Shown piece after piece: positions 29,247-38,637 of a stretch of DNA of 49,861 nucleotides. The notes under the pieces were generated by a model. The model did not search any database, was not told the DNA's origin, and worked only from the letters and a program-made list of their open reading frames with translations. Both the position numbers and the translations under genes were made by a program. The stretch comes from a virus (taxonomy: Duplodnaviria; Caudoviricetes): the IMG/VR virus record IMGVR_UViG_3300020045_005736, positions 1 to 49,861 of that record. One strand, written 5' to 3'. How positions within the stretch are numbered: position 1 is the stretch's first letter; every line of letters begins with the position of its first letter.

Positions 29247-31714
29247 ATCTTAATTGTCCTAAGTCCATTTGGGTTTTTCTTTTCATCGTATGGTTTCCAA
29301 TTATGTCCAGCTTGAATCTCACTCTTCATCTTAAACTTCACACCCTTATACTCTAAATCCCGTTCAAGTCGCTTCTTAATCTCTGTCCCAACAATCGTTT
29401 CTTTTCCAATTCTCGTCTGGCATAGTATCGAATCATGGCCATTCTGTAGTATATCCAAATCGTATGTCCATTCATCCCGTTGTTCGATGGCTTCATGGGT
29501 TTCACAAATCGCGTAATTTGTGATTTGACCAACGGTGGATTGGGGTTTGAACGCATAGGCTTGTTTGAAAAGGGTGTCTCCCCATTGTTCGTTAAAGTGA
29601 CGAGGATGACCAAATAAATTTGTCAACTTTCGTCCATTGTTCTTTAGCTCGTTTTGTATATCCATGTGCCAAAGACGTATCTCTGGAAACAACATGTGAT
29701 AATGTTCAAGAAATCTCTTTGCCTCGCTATTGTCTAGCACCACTTGTCCCTCGCTCTTATCCAACATATGTTGCTGGAATGTGGGCCACTTAATGTCATA
29801 GTTTGCCGAATGACAAGTCATTTTTGCCATGAAGTAATATCGCTCCTTCGCAGGCCAATCATCAGATGACGCGATAAGATTCTTTACTTCTTCAAAATCT
29901 GGATGGGTCTTAATGTTTCGCGGATTAAGACCACACAACTCATCAATACTAGAAGAACGAACAAATCTACGTTTCCATTCTCCTCTAAAAAGATGCAAGC
30001 CAACAAATACATGAGGCTTGACACCAGAAATAAAGAGATCACGAAATTTACCAGCCCTACATAGGTAGCTAACGATAAGTGCCTCAGCCCCAGCTTGGTC
30101 AACTTGGATAAGTATTTTACCTTCATCAGCTAATATTAAATCTCGGTTTTCTTTAGACCAATTTTGAAAATTACTTCCAAATCCACTACCTTTTTTGTTC
30201 TTCTGTTTACAAAGCTTGCGACTTCCTAATCTATATGTATCTGTCCCCGTAAGTATCCACGCACAAGTCATGCGATTAGCTTCTGCTCCCCATCCATTAA
30301 ACGCAAGTGACGATGCACTTTTACGTGCGGCACGACTCGCAAGTATGAGCTGCAACGACGGGGGATTGTTCTTTAGTTGTAACTTACGTAGTGTGCTTTC
30401 CTTCGTTGGCTCATCCTCGCGTGGACATTTGTATCCTAACCTCCCATATAAATACTTACTGACTTGTTGCGATGATCGAGGATTTAGCTCTTGCCTACAC
30501 ACACTGGATAAACAAAGGTCAATCGCTTTTTGCTTTGTGAGGAGTTCTTTAATTCGAGTGTTCCTTCTTTCAATATCCATCCTTGCCCCGAATAGTGACA
30601 AAGACAAGTAACTTGGTATTTCTCGCATTGCGAGTTGGACACTTTCTTCTGCCCCTGCTTTTTTGATTTCATCCTGAATACGAGTATAGATAGCGGCCGT
30701 CGTAACTATGTCGTCGCTGTTGTAGTTCCAAAGCTGATTATCTTGGGATTGATTTTTAGGCTCAAAGATTCCGTCGCCTTTATGATATGGGAACCAAGTA
30801 AAATAGGAGATAAGATGACCTAATGACTTTTCACATTCTGGTCTAACTCTATGCCACGCAAGCATAGTATCAAACACATTCCGTGGTGGTAATATCTTGT
30901 ATCGCCAAGCGAGAATAAACAAATCAAACATCGCATTATGGAGAACACATTTATTTCGCCCTAAACATAACGTAAGCCACCGCATTAGCTCCCGACAATC
31001 TGTTTCGTTATACGCTAGTTCGTTATTGTATCTTTTCCACGGCACCACATAACATGTTTTTTCCTCAAGACAACCTATACCAAAACATGTCATCGTAAAG
31101 TTACTTGTTGTCTCTATGTCAAGGATGATAGTCTTGTTCTCCCAAGTCCTCAATTTCTCAAGAACCATGTCCGCGCTCGGATAGAGATGTCGTGTCCATT
31201 CGTCTTCAATCGGTAGTATCCCTTTATGTTCTCGCAACAAGCGTCCACACTTTTTTATATCTGTGTAATACCACCATCGCCAATTACGTCGTTTAGTTTT
31301 TCCTTTTCCTTTTGTCTCATTATCACTCTCTGCAACTCCCTCACTCTCATCTTCACTACTCTCGTAGTCCCGTCTATCCATACATTCTTGATGATGAAAT
31401 GTAGGAAGACCTATCACACTCGACGTAAGTTGTAGTGGATAGCCTCGCAGAATAGATATATCGTCATCGTATCCAAATAGTTTGGTCGCTGATTCTCCAA
31501 GGAGAAGCGCACATTTTGTCCCTTCCCTAAATCCACTAAACGCATCACTTGTGATTATATCACAATTAAGCCGCGAAATTGGATTGAGACAAACATCGAA
31601 GTAGTCTCCCGCATTACCACTAATCAGTTTCTTGTTTCCACTCTCTATGTCGAAGCGCGACGGATTAGTGATAATCGTCAACCCATTATACTCCATTATG
31701 GGGGCGTTGTGCAT
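29243..31714 (-). CDS. polA: Family A DNA polymerase with N-terminal UDG-like domain and 3'-5' exonuclease
   Basis: Exo motifs LDIET, HNAMFD, YNSDD; motif A VDQAGAE, motif B AKMTCHSANY, motif C HDSI; N-terminal LLLGE..LRG..PTFH resembles family-4 UDG. Confidence 0.9.
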   Translation of the reverse strand: MHNAPIMEYNGLTIITNPSRFDIESGNKKLISGNAGDYFDVCLNPISRLNCDIITSDAFSGFREGTKCALLLGESATKLFGYDDDISILRGYPLQLTSSVIGLPTFHHQECMDRRDYESSEDESEGVAESDNETKGKGKTKRRNWRWWYYTDIKKCGRLLREHKGILPIEDEWTRHLYPSADMVLEKLRTWENKTIILDIETTSNFTMTCFGIGCLEEKTCYVVPWKRYNNELAYNETDCRELMRWLTLCLGRNKCVLHNAMFDLFILAWRYKILPPRNVFDTMLAWHRVRPECEKSLGHLISYFTWFPYHKGDGIFEPKNQSQDNQLWNYNSDDIVTTAAIYTRIQDEIKKAGAEESVQLAMREIPSYLSLSLFGARMDIERRNTRIKELLTKQKAIDLCLSSVCRQELNPRSSQQVSKYLYGRLGYKCPREDEPTKESTLRKLQLKNNPPSLQLILASRAARKSASSLAFNGWGAEANRMTCAWILTGTDTYRLGSRKLCKQKNKKGSGFGSNFQNWSKENRDLILADEGKILIQVDQAGAEALIVSYLCRAGKFRDLFISGVKPHVFVGLHLFRGEWKRRFVRSSSIDELCGLNPRNIKTHPDFEEVKNLIASSDDWPAKERYYFMAKMTCHSANYDIKWPTFQQHMLDKSEGQVVLDNSEAKRFLEHYHMLFPEIRLWHMDIQNELKNNGRKLTNLFGHPRHFNEQWGDTLFKQAYAFKPQSTVGQITNYAICETHEAIEQRDEWTYDLDILQNGHDSILCQTRIGKETIVGTEIKKRLERDLEYKGVKFKMKSEIQAGHNWKPYDEKKNPNGLRTIKI

Positions 31715-31851
31715 TACTGTGCAGAATAAGTCTTGACAAAATAAACGTAAAAAATATTAAGTCCCAAAACTCGCGCATAGTCTTCAGCTTCATACCTGTT
31801 CTCAAATCCTGCTGCACAAGGTCTCATTCCTGCGTCGTATAATGTAAACAT
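31714..31851 (-). CDS. 45-aa ORF translationally coupled to polA (not in ORF track)
   Basis: MFTLYDAGMRPC...YSAQ*, TAATG overlap with polA start, AAGGA upstream. Confidence 0.5.
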   Translation of the reverse strand: MFTLYDAGMRPCAAGFENRYEAEDYARVLGLNIFYVYFVKTYSAQ

Positions 31852-31862
31852 AATATCCTTTT

Positions 31863-32156
31863 CTAGTTATGTTGTGATAAAACTGGAAACGGACTGCCCC
31901 AGCCTTTAGCTTCCCCATACCAGAACATATCTATATGTTCTTTCCTCATCTCCTCATCCAAGTCACGATTACGTAAATCTCCCCCGTGCTCTTTCTGTCC
32001 TGCGATAAACTTAATCGTCGCTTGTTCAAGAAAAGTGGCGAGAGAATTACTCATATTCACCACCGTCTCTGTATTAAGTGGTTTACCTTCGCTCTCATTC
32101 AATCTGTCTATGTAGTCATGTATCTCTGCGAGAAGTTCTATGGTTGCCGCTTTCAT
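31863..32156 (-). CDS. Hypothetical protein, possible all-alpha NTP-PPase-like
   Basis: KFIAGQKEHGGDL..EEMRKEHIDMFWY pattern. Confidence 0.45.
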   Translation of the reverse strand: MKAATIELLAEIHDYIDRLNESEGKPLNTETVVNMSNSLATFLEQATIKFIAGQKEHGGDLRNRDLDEEMRKEHIDMFWYGEAKGWGSPFPVLSQHN

Positions 32157-32166
32157 GGTTTTTACT

Positions 32167-32403
32167 TTATGATTGTTGTTGAACTATGGTGTTAATATTA
32201 ATTATTTCTAGGTCACTACTACTAATTGAAATTAGCTTTGTCGGTAATCCTGCTTCGTGACAGACAATAAAACAACCGCCGTGGCTAACGACGAGGGGAA
32301 TAACATCTTTCGACTCACCTTCCTTATTCGTATATCTAAATCGTAAGACCCCTTTACTTGTCTTATTGAGACGCTCGAAAAAATCACTCAGTAATTGTGT
32401 CAT
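32167..32403 (-). CDS. Hypothetical protein
   Basis: Likely start ATG 32403 (MTQLLSDF). Confidence 0.5.
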   Translation of the reverse strand: MTQLLSDFFERLNKTSKGVLRFRYTNKEGESKDVIPLVVSHGGCFIVCHEAGLPTKLISISSSDLEIININTIVQQQS

Positions 32404-32675
32404 AAATTTATATTTATACTTAAATGTAAAAACTAGCACCCTCGTTAATTCCTCGCTAGAGGGCTACCAAACACCTTCCGTGGATTGAAGTGAAATACTC
32501 GAAAGTCATATCGCATTTTTAACGAGTAGTTTGTATTTTGCTAGAGTTAAACATAGAACAGCTATGTTTCATTCTACTTGTCCTTATCGGGTATCTCTTG
32601 TCGCTCGTAAGTAGAATGTTCTTGGTTTAGTTCCATAGGGCGGGTAATGACTTTAGTCTACCACCTAAATTTATA

Positions 32676-32715
32676 CTACCCACTAGAACTTGTGCATTAT
32701 TGCCCTAGTGGGTAG
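32676..32715 (-). terminator. Hairpin downstream of SSB-like gene
   Basis: CTACCCACTAG/CTAGTGGGTAG perfect 11-bp stem about 20 nt after the stop codon; weak U-tract. Confidence 0.45.
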
Positions 32716-32734
32716 GATTAACTCAGGCCGTAAT

Positions 32735-33199
32735 CTACTTCTTCTTGGGACGTGGAATCCACTCAACAATCTCCCGACTTGTCTTTGTCATAGGAGTTCC
32801 ATCATAGGGATTAGTCATCTTCTCCCCAGTGATTTCATCCTGAATCTCATCCGTCTTTCCCGAACACACCGCGAATCCCTCACACTTAATGTATTCTTCG
32901 GGCGTAATCCCACTAATCGTATTCGCATCGACTTCAGGTAAATCTAATGCTTGTCGAGTTAGATTTACAAATCGCAGCGCACTCGTAGTGAGGACGGAGC
33001 GAAATGGAAGTGTGAGTCCGTTAATGTCCACCCCGTTAATGGGCTTTGCATCAAATATCTCACACTTTCCCACAATCATCGGATTACCATTTTGTGAGGG
33101 TTTAAGACTTGCCTCAATCACACGAAGTTTATAGTGTGACTTAGGAAGTTTGAGGTCGTATGCGGCTTGGTCTAGTTGCTGTTGTGCTTCGTTACTCAT
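32735..33199 (-). CDS. DUF669-like putative ssDNA-binding protein
   Basis: LPKSHYKLRVIEASLKPSQNGNPMI pattern; near Sak4-like ATPase. Confidence 0.6.
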   Translation of the reverse strand: MSNEAQQQLDQAAYDLKLPKSHYKLRVIEASLKPSQNGNPMIVGKCEIFDAKPINGVDINGLTLPFRSVLTTSALRFVNLTRQALDLPEVDANTISGITPEEYIKCEGFAVCSGKTDEIQDEITGEKMTNPYDGTPMTKTSREIVEWIPRPKKK

Positions 33200-33235
33200 T
33201 TTGTTTTATGTGTTTGTTGTTTTTGTTTTATGGCA

Positions 33236-33547
33236 TTATGCCTTGTGCTGTCCTTCCACGCCGCGAGCCACTCTATTTGCAGTTCGTTTCTCGAACCACA
33301 TTAGAGCTTCTTCCATCTTAGTAATTGCGATGGAATTCTCACGACTAGGAAATTTTTTGTTTAGTTCACCGCAACGATGAATAAGCATCTTAAGAACTTC
33401 CTCATTCGTTGTTCCATCATGAACTGTAACTAAAGTAGTAGAACCTTCTGATTCTGGTTTCTTGTTAATGAACTTGAGTTCTTGCTCAGGTTCAGTAGCT
33501 TCAAAATTACCGAGCCTGTAATGATGATGATCGTCGAGACATTGCAT
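33236..33547 (-). CDS. Acb2/Tad1-like helical hairpin protein (candidate anti-defence sponge)
   Basis: GTTNEEVL..FPSRENSIAITKMEEALMW resembles the Acb2/Tad1 hairpin signature. Confidence 0.6.
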   Translation of the reverse strand: MQCLDDHHHYRLGNFEATEPEQELKFINKKPESEGSTTLVTVHDGTTNEEVLKMLIHRCGELNKKFPSRENSIAITKMEEALMWFEKRTANRVARGVEGQHKA

Positions 33548-33792
33548 ACTTTTATTTTAGTTGTAGTTGTTGGCTAAGGAAAGGAACCTTTAGTTTATTA
33601 TCGACAGTCCATGTCGGTAAGTTATGAAGGCCCAAAACAACTTGGTTTATTATTCAAGTCAAACCAAACTCACCAGCATATTTCTACCCTCGTATGATGC
33701 CGCCGAACAGGCTGACGCAAAATAGAAAGTAGAACATCAGCTAGTTTTATCACGCTGTCTTGTAACAAATCAAAACAGCGAGAAATCATTAG

Positions 33793-34134
33793 CTACTTTT
33801 TCTCCGTCGCTCCCGTGGTCGGTTTGAGATACTTATCCGACACGATACGAGTAGGGATATTAGCATCTTTAACCGCGGGAGTTTCAAGTGTGACCCCTAA
33901 TGCCGCAGTCACTACACTCTTGGGACAATCCTTAACAGCGAGTGCGTTAAGTAGTGGTGTGATTTTCTCCGCAATCCACAAATGAGGATTGTGGCCCTTC
34001 ACGGCTTTGTCCCCACCGAACTTATCAAGTTGGGATTGAGCAAGTTGATTGAGGTGATTCTTTGCTTTAATCAACTCATCATTTGTCGCCGGAAGTTTAG
34101 TCTCGTCAGCTTTTGGTTTAATTTCATCACTCAT
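33793..34134 (-). CDS. Hypothetical protein
   Basis: 113-aa ORF with CAA-rich leader. Confidence 0.55.
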   Translation of the reverse strand: MSDEIKPKADETKLPATNDELIKAKNHLNQLAQSQLDKFGGDKAVKGHNPHLWIAEKITPLLNALAVKDCPKSVVTAALGVTLETPAVKDANIPTRIVSDKYLKPTTGATEKK

Positions 34135-34172
34135 AATAATTACATTTACGTTATTGTTATTGTTGTTTTACT

Positions 34173-34928
34173 TTAGTTTACCGTCGCGTCAAGTATAGAA
34201 GAAGGTGGCCCTTCAAGTTGCGTATAGACACATCGCCAATCGAACTTGTCTGGCCCTCCTTCAAATTCAAACTTCTTCCCTTTTAGATGTTCACACCTAC
34301 TACCGCAAAGAACTGTCTCGTTAGTCTCAAACGTGAGGATTGTTTTTTCACCTTTGCTTCCTCCCCTATAAAGGTATCCTATCGCATCAGCTTTCGCACA
34401 CACTATGCTCTTTATCTTCCCCGTTAAATCCAAGTCCTTCGCACTTACTTCTTTCCCGGCAGATTCTATCATCTTGTCCCGAATATGTCCAATAAGAATT
34501 ACTTGATCCGCGATAGATGCCATGCGATTAAAGTAGTCGTTAAAGGACTGACGTAACCACATGTATCCTCCGCCATTAGGTAAGTTAAGAACACTTGACC
34601 CCGTAAAGCTCTTTCCCTGTAGCGTGGACTTGTACTTCACCGTCGCATCTATCTCTGCCCACTCCTCCACTTTATCTATTGTATCTATTGCGACATATTT
34701 GTATGGACGTTGTGTTTTACAAAGCGTAAGGAATTGGTCAAACTCACCTCTGTTCGCGCATTTAATCTTTATCGCACTCACATAGTCTGACCCATCTTCT
34801 AAGTCCACTATACAGCATCCCGGAAGTTTACTTACTACCGTTGTCTTACCGTGTTTGGGAGGACCGTAGAGAATTAGAACTTTAGGATCTTTACGTGACG
34901 AGATTGTTGGTTGTTTAGGAAGTTCCAT
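34173..34928 (-). CDS. Sak4-like AAA_24 ATPase (recombinase)
   Basis: LILYGPPKHGKTT, VDLEDGS, VAIDTID, ILIGHIRD. Confidence 0.85.
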   Translation of the reverse strand: MELPKQPTISSRKDPKVLILYGPPKHGKTTVVSKLPGCCIVDLEDGSDYVSAIKIKCANRGEFDQFLTLCKTQRPYKYVAIDTIDKVEEWAEIDATVKYKSTLQGKSFTGSSVLNLPNGGGYMWLRQSFNDYFNRMASIADQVILIGHIRDKMIESAGKEVSAKDLDLTGKIKSIVCAKADAIGYLYRGGSKGEKTILTFETNETVLCGSRCEHLKGKKFEFEGGPDKFDWRCVYTQLEGPPSSILDATVN

Positions 34929-34954
34929 AATGTCGAGAGTTATTATTTGCGCCT

Positions 34955-35137
34955 TTACTTAGAAGTAAGTAGCTTAATAAAAATTATTTTACTACTAAAA
35001 AGATTACTCACAACTCGCTTGAGCGTAGCTTCTCTTTTATAACCTTCTCCACTATCACACACAATTCGTCCTTTGCGCTTTGCACGCCAGCGAAACTCAC
35101 CATTTGTGTCCTTGTAGATTTCAATTTTTGTGTCCAT
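34955..35137 (-). CDS. YegP/DUF1508 family protein
   Basis: EIYKDTNGEFRWR..GRIVCDSGEGY. Confidence 0.8.
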   Translation of the reverse strand: MDTKIEIYKDTNGEFRWRAKRKGRIVCDSGEGYKREATLKRVVSNLFSSKIIFIKLLTSK

Positions 35138-35140
35138 AAA

Positions 35141-35353
35141 TTATCCTTGTTGTCCCGGCAACACATCGAGTTGTGCGTCGCTCAGTTTAGTATTAGGCAC
35201 CAGCTCCTTGTATGTTTTTTCTGCCCGTGCAAAGAGTTCGTTCCACTCTGTTTGCGTTGGGTCACGACCGATAGTGAATATCTTTTGAATATCCCTCGCC
35301 ATTTGGGGGCCGTGTTGAAGAAGTGCGAAGATGATTAGTTGTGTAGTGTTCAT
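35141..35353 (-). CDS. Hypothetical protein
   Basis: ORF downstream of lipoprotein gene. Confidence 0.5.
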   Translation of the reverse strand: MNTTQLIIFALLQHGPQMARDIQKIFTIGRDPTQTEWNELFARAEKTYKELVPNTKLSDAQLDVLPGQQG

Positions 35354-35359
35354 ATTGTG

Positions 35360-35551
35360 TTATTTCGTAAGTTCATTCCGAAGATTGTCGATTTGATTCT
35401 GTAAAGATTCCACTTGTGTATTGTGCCACACAGCGAATTGTGTGATAGTTCCGATACCACCAGGCACTACGGAAAAAGAAGCAAGATAACTCTTAATCGC
35501 TGGCTCAATCTCTTTTGCTTTTATATACTGATCTTCAGTTATTTGAATCAT
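35360..35551 (-). CDS. Hypothetical protein
   Basis: 63-aa ORF filling the gap. Confidence 0.45.
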   Translation of the reverse strand: MIQITEDQYIKAKEIEPAIKSYLASFSVVPGGIGTITQFAVWHNTQVESLQNQIDNLRNELTK

Positions 35552-35562
35552 AGAATGTAGTA

Positions 35563-35925
35563 TTATTTCTTCTTGTTGCTAAGATTAAAGATGAGCTGCA
35601 AAAGCTCTCCTCTTGCATCTTCGAGTGCCGCTATCGCCTTCTCAAAATTCGTCGCATTTTCTGGCGTGTCAACACTAATAAGGATTGTTCGCGCGACGTT
35701 AAGTATAAGCTGATACTTCTCGTAAGCTGCCTTTACTTGAAGTTCCTCTCCTACTGTTTGTTTTCCCGTTGCACAATAATCATTCCATCCTTTCATCGCA
35801 TTGTCCACAGTAACTATAGTAGTTCCCGTTGTGCGATAGATCGCTTGCCGTGGCGTCGAACCACAACCGCTTGTAACGAAAAGGAGGCATGTGCTGAGGC
35901 TTAATATAAGTAGATATTTTTTCAT
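35563..35925 (-). CDS. Lipoprotein
   Basis: MKKYLLILSLSTCLLFVTSG|C lipobox. Confidence 0.7.
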   Translation of the reverse strand: MKKYLLILSLSTCLLFVTSGCGSTPRQAIYRTTGTTIVTVDNAMKGWNDYCATGKQTVGEELQVKAAYEKYQLILNVARTILISVDTPENATNFEKAIAALEDARGELLQLIFNLSNKKK

Positions 35926-35953
35926 AGATGTGTGAGGGGTGTCTGTGTCACGA

Positions 35954-36145
35954 TTATCTAGCTAGTTTCGTGCCACTTTTCCGGGGCTTCCTATTCTCAT
36001 ACTCCTTTAATTTTGCTTTTAGTTTTTCCTCCATGTCTTTTATACTTCCTCGTGGAAAGACATAACGACATTCGTCAAATGACAAGTCGCTGTTGATATT
36101 TGTATTCGTGGCGATTCCGTTGGACTTTTTCTTTTGGCGTGGCAT
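35954..36145 (-). CDS. Small basic hypothetical protein
   Basis: 63-aa ORF. Confidence 0.45.
   Translation of the reverse strand: MPRQKKKSNGIATNTNINSDLSFDECRYVFPRGSIKDMEEKLKAKLKEYENRKPRKSGTKLAR
35960..35976 (-). promoter_or_regulatory. sigma54-type promoter upstream of lipoprotein gene
   Basis: GTGGCACGAAACTAGCT (GG-N10-GC), 35 nt upstream of ATG 35925. Confidence 0.6.
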
Positions 36146-36150
36146 AAGAT

Positions 36151-36327
36151 TTAGTTTACATCAAGAGCTTTCATTACACAAGTCATTCCAATAATACCGA
36201 AAATAATACAAGTCATAAAAGTAGGAAATCCTGCCCAACCGTGAAGATGAAAAAGAAAATAAGACGATGCGTAAAGTGAACCAATAATTAGAAGTAAACC
36301 AGTAATAAATAACATCAGTTTTTTCAT
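36151..36327 (-). CDS. 58-aa two-TM membrane protein (not in ORF track)
   Basis: MKKLMLFITGLLLIIGSLYASS...TCIIFGIIGMTCVMKALDVN*. Confidence 0.55.
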   Translation of the reverse strand: MKKLMLFITGLLLIIGSLYASSYFLFHLHGWAGFPTFMTCIIFGIIGMTCVMKALDVN

Positions 36328-36328
36328 A

Positions 36329-37354
36329 TTAGTCTTGAAACATAAGTGGATTGTAATCTTCCACAGTGTAGTTGTTATCTAGTGTCGCGTCCCTAAACTC
36401 TGGCGGTAATTTACACACATCAAAGTATTCACAATCCCCAAATTGTCGATGACACCCAGCGTAATTAAAATCACTTTCTGCCTCCGCGCAATTTTTATCT
36501 AAGTGACCCACAATCCACTCGATACGAGAGCGGAGAAACTTATCAAACTCTACCATTCGACCTTCATCGAAGGGCATGACGGGAGAAGTTACATAGTCAC
36601 ACCCATCAAAGCGTCCCTCCTTCTCCGCCTTTTGTGTGGGCTTCCGAAGGAAAAAGGCATTTATCACGACGGGGGGATAACTACTTAAGTCGTTAAGTTC
36701 CTTAAACACTTTGCTATAAAGCATCGTCTGAATACTTAGCTCGAAGCAGCCTATAAATTCCTCCTTATTCGTCGCACTTGTAGTCTTGTGGTCAATAAGA
36801 CAAATGTCGTGACCACCGTATTTCGCAATCATATCTATTGTTCCCGCAAGAAACAAATTATATTTGTCATTACTCCATACTGGGATTGCGAACTTAAATT
36901 CTAATGTGGGTTTACCTTCTGCACCAATAAGCGGGAGGAAGTCTTCTTCCTGAAGTGTAAAGATTGTATTCTCTTCATTACCAGTTCTCTTGTGAACCGA
37001 CGCATATCCCTTCAACATATACTGTAGATGTTGCATCGTTCTAAATTCTCGCGGATTATCTAGGGGAATAAACTCCGCATACTTGTCATAGTAGTCTGTG
37101 GCAGACTTGATACAAGCAGAGAAAGGTAAACCACTGTAGAAGTTCTGGAGAAACTTGTGTGCTGCGGTTCCGTATGCTTGCTTATAGTTTCCCCCACTAC
37201 TCCGTCGGACAAGTCCTCGTATTGCTCGTCGAAAGTAATATCTAAAACAGTTCATATCCTTTAGGATAGAAGCATTGAGAAACACATTCTTCTTCCCTTG
37301 AGATAAGCGATTAAATTCTTCTACACTATAGATTGCTTTGGGATTGATTGTCAT
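36329..37354 (-). CDS. PD-(D/E)XK exonuclease (RecB/Cas4-like, probable Fe-S cluster)
   Basis: YGTAAH, GTIDMI..LIDHKTT, QTMLYS, C-terminal C..C..C; likely start 37354. Confidence 0.8.
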   Translation of the reverse strand: MTINPKAIYSVEEFNRLSQGKKNVFLNASILKDMNCFRYYFRRAIRGLVRRSSGGNYKQAYGTAAHKFLQNFYSGLPFSACIKSATDYYDKYAEFIPLDNPREFRTMQHLQYMLKGYASVHKRTGNEENTIFTLQEEDFLPLIGAEGKPTLEFKFAIPVWSNDKYNLFLAGTIDMIAKYGGHDICLIDHKTTSATNKEEFIGCFELSIQTMLYSKVFKELNDLSSYPPVVINAFFLRKPTQKAEKEGRFDGCDYVTSPVMPFDEGRMVEFDKFLRSRIEWIVGHLDKNCAEAESDFNYAGCHRQFGDCEYFDVCKLPPEFRDATLDNNYTVEDYNPLMFQD

Positions 37355-37358
37355 AATC

Positions 37359-37736
37359 TTATTGTTGTGTTGAGCCAGCATCCCATTGTTGGGGCTGATC
37401 TCTCTTAAATATCTTAGCATTCCAGGCTTTCCACATAGACATAGCCTTATCTCCTGTAAAGATGACTCCCGCATTAGCAGTCACCTTGAAGAATACTTCG
37501 GGAGTCCACTGTTCAAGGAGACCTAGTCGTTTAGCTCTCTCATACATTGTCTCTGCTGGATAGTCAGGATGAGGATAAGCACTAGCAGTCTTAAATATGA
37601 CAGAGCCTCTTACTGACATGTAAGCTGGCGCGGGCAAAGTATCCCTTGTATCACCATGCTGATTCCTATAATAGAATCGCGCCCATTGGCAAGAATTCAA
37701 ATTAAGAATTATTTTGTTATCACGTTTAGTCTTCAT
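37359..37736 (-). CDS. Hypothetical protein
   Basis: ORF with ATGA overlap. Confidence 0.55.
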   Translation of the reverse strand: MKTKRDNKIILNLNSCQWARFYYRNQHGDTRDTLPAPAYMSVRGSVIFKTASAYPHPDYPAETMYERAKRLGLLEQWTPEVFFKVTANAGVIFTGDKAMSMWKAWNAKIFKRDQPQQWDAGSTQQ

Positions 37737-38173
37737 ATTATATTTAGTAAAGCAAATTCTCCGTGCAATTTAATAGCAGCTTGGTTATATCTAATAGCAG
37801 CTTCTTTAGCTGTATCAAATGTTCCTAAATCTGTACGTTTGCCATTGACAGCTATTCTTACATTCCATTTACCTTTGGATGTAAGTCTAACTCCTTTATA
37901 GCCAGATGGGCCTCTTTTGCTGTCTCTATTTGAATTGTTTTGTGAATATGTGCAGCCTCTTAAGTTAAGTCTTTGATTGTTGTGCCTATCTCTATCTTGA
38001 TGATCATAAAGATCATCATTGAAATCTAAAATATAATAGACAATAGATTTCATCGAGGTTGTATCGTGAACAGGTTTATTATGTCCACAGCCAAAGCTTC
38101 TATGTCTAAGTTTCAGATAGTCTCCATCATCAACATAGATAGGTTTGCCGCAATTGCATTGAAGTATTTTCAT
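37733..38173 (-). CDS. HNH-AP2 homing endonuclease
   Basis: DHQDRDRHNNQRLNLR..N, then SGYKGV..KWNVRI..LGTFDTAKEAAIRYN..LHGEFA. Confidence 0.85.
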   Translation of the reverse strand: MKILQCNCGKPIYVDDGDYLKLRHRSFGCGHNKPVHDTTSMKSIVYYILDFNDDLYDHQDRDRHNNQRLNLRGCTYSQNNSNRDSKRGPSGYKGVRLTSKGKWNVRIAVNGKRTDLGTFDTAKEAAIRYNQAAIKLHGEFALLNII

Positions 38174-38637
38174 TGTTTGCTGTATAGTATCCTGAATGTG
38201 GGTCTGTTAGTGGGAATCCAATTAACATCTACCCCTATGTTACGAGGGTCACTATCCTTGTACTCGTATTCAAGGAGAGGAATCCATGCTAGATATGGTT
38301 CATGATGTAGTGCTTCAATGAGCAATTGTCTAGCACCCAAGGGAACTTCAAACGTGAGAAAGTTAAGCCATTGCTCACCATTGGGACGTTGCTTGAGAGT
38401 GAAGATGGGTATCTTGTTAGTAAAGCCGGGACGGCAAGACATGTATTGGTATCTCTCAGTAGGATACCAGATAGGGCCAGCATCAAATAGAAAGCCAGTA
38501 GGTCTAACTATTGTATTTGACCTTACTGTAACCCAACTATAGTCTGGACCTTTACTTAGTTGAACTACACTATAGATACCACCTACAACAAGGGCTATTG
38601 CTCCGGCGGCGGTTCCTACTTTAGCTTTGGTATCCAT
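38170..38637 (-). CDS. Hypothetical protein with N-terminal TM anchor
   Basis: Hydrophobic N-terminus. Confidence 0.5.
   Translation of the reverse strand: MDTKAKVGTAAGAIALVVGGIYSVVQLSKGPDYSWVTVRSNTIVRPTGFLFDAGPIWYPTERYQYMSCRPGFTNKIPIFTLKQRPNGEQWLNFLTFEVPLGARQLLIEALHHEPYLAWIPLLEYEYKDSDPRNIGVDVNWIPTNRPTFRILYSKQ

Noticed and set aside
31795-31820. TCAAATCCTGC T-arm-like string
   Set aside because: No matching stem or acceptor; lies within a plausible small ORF on the other strand.
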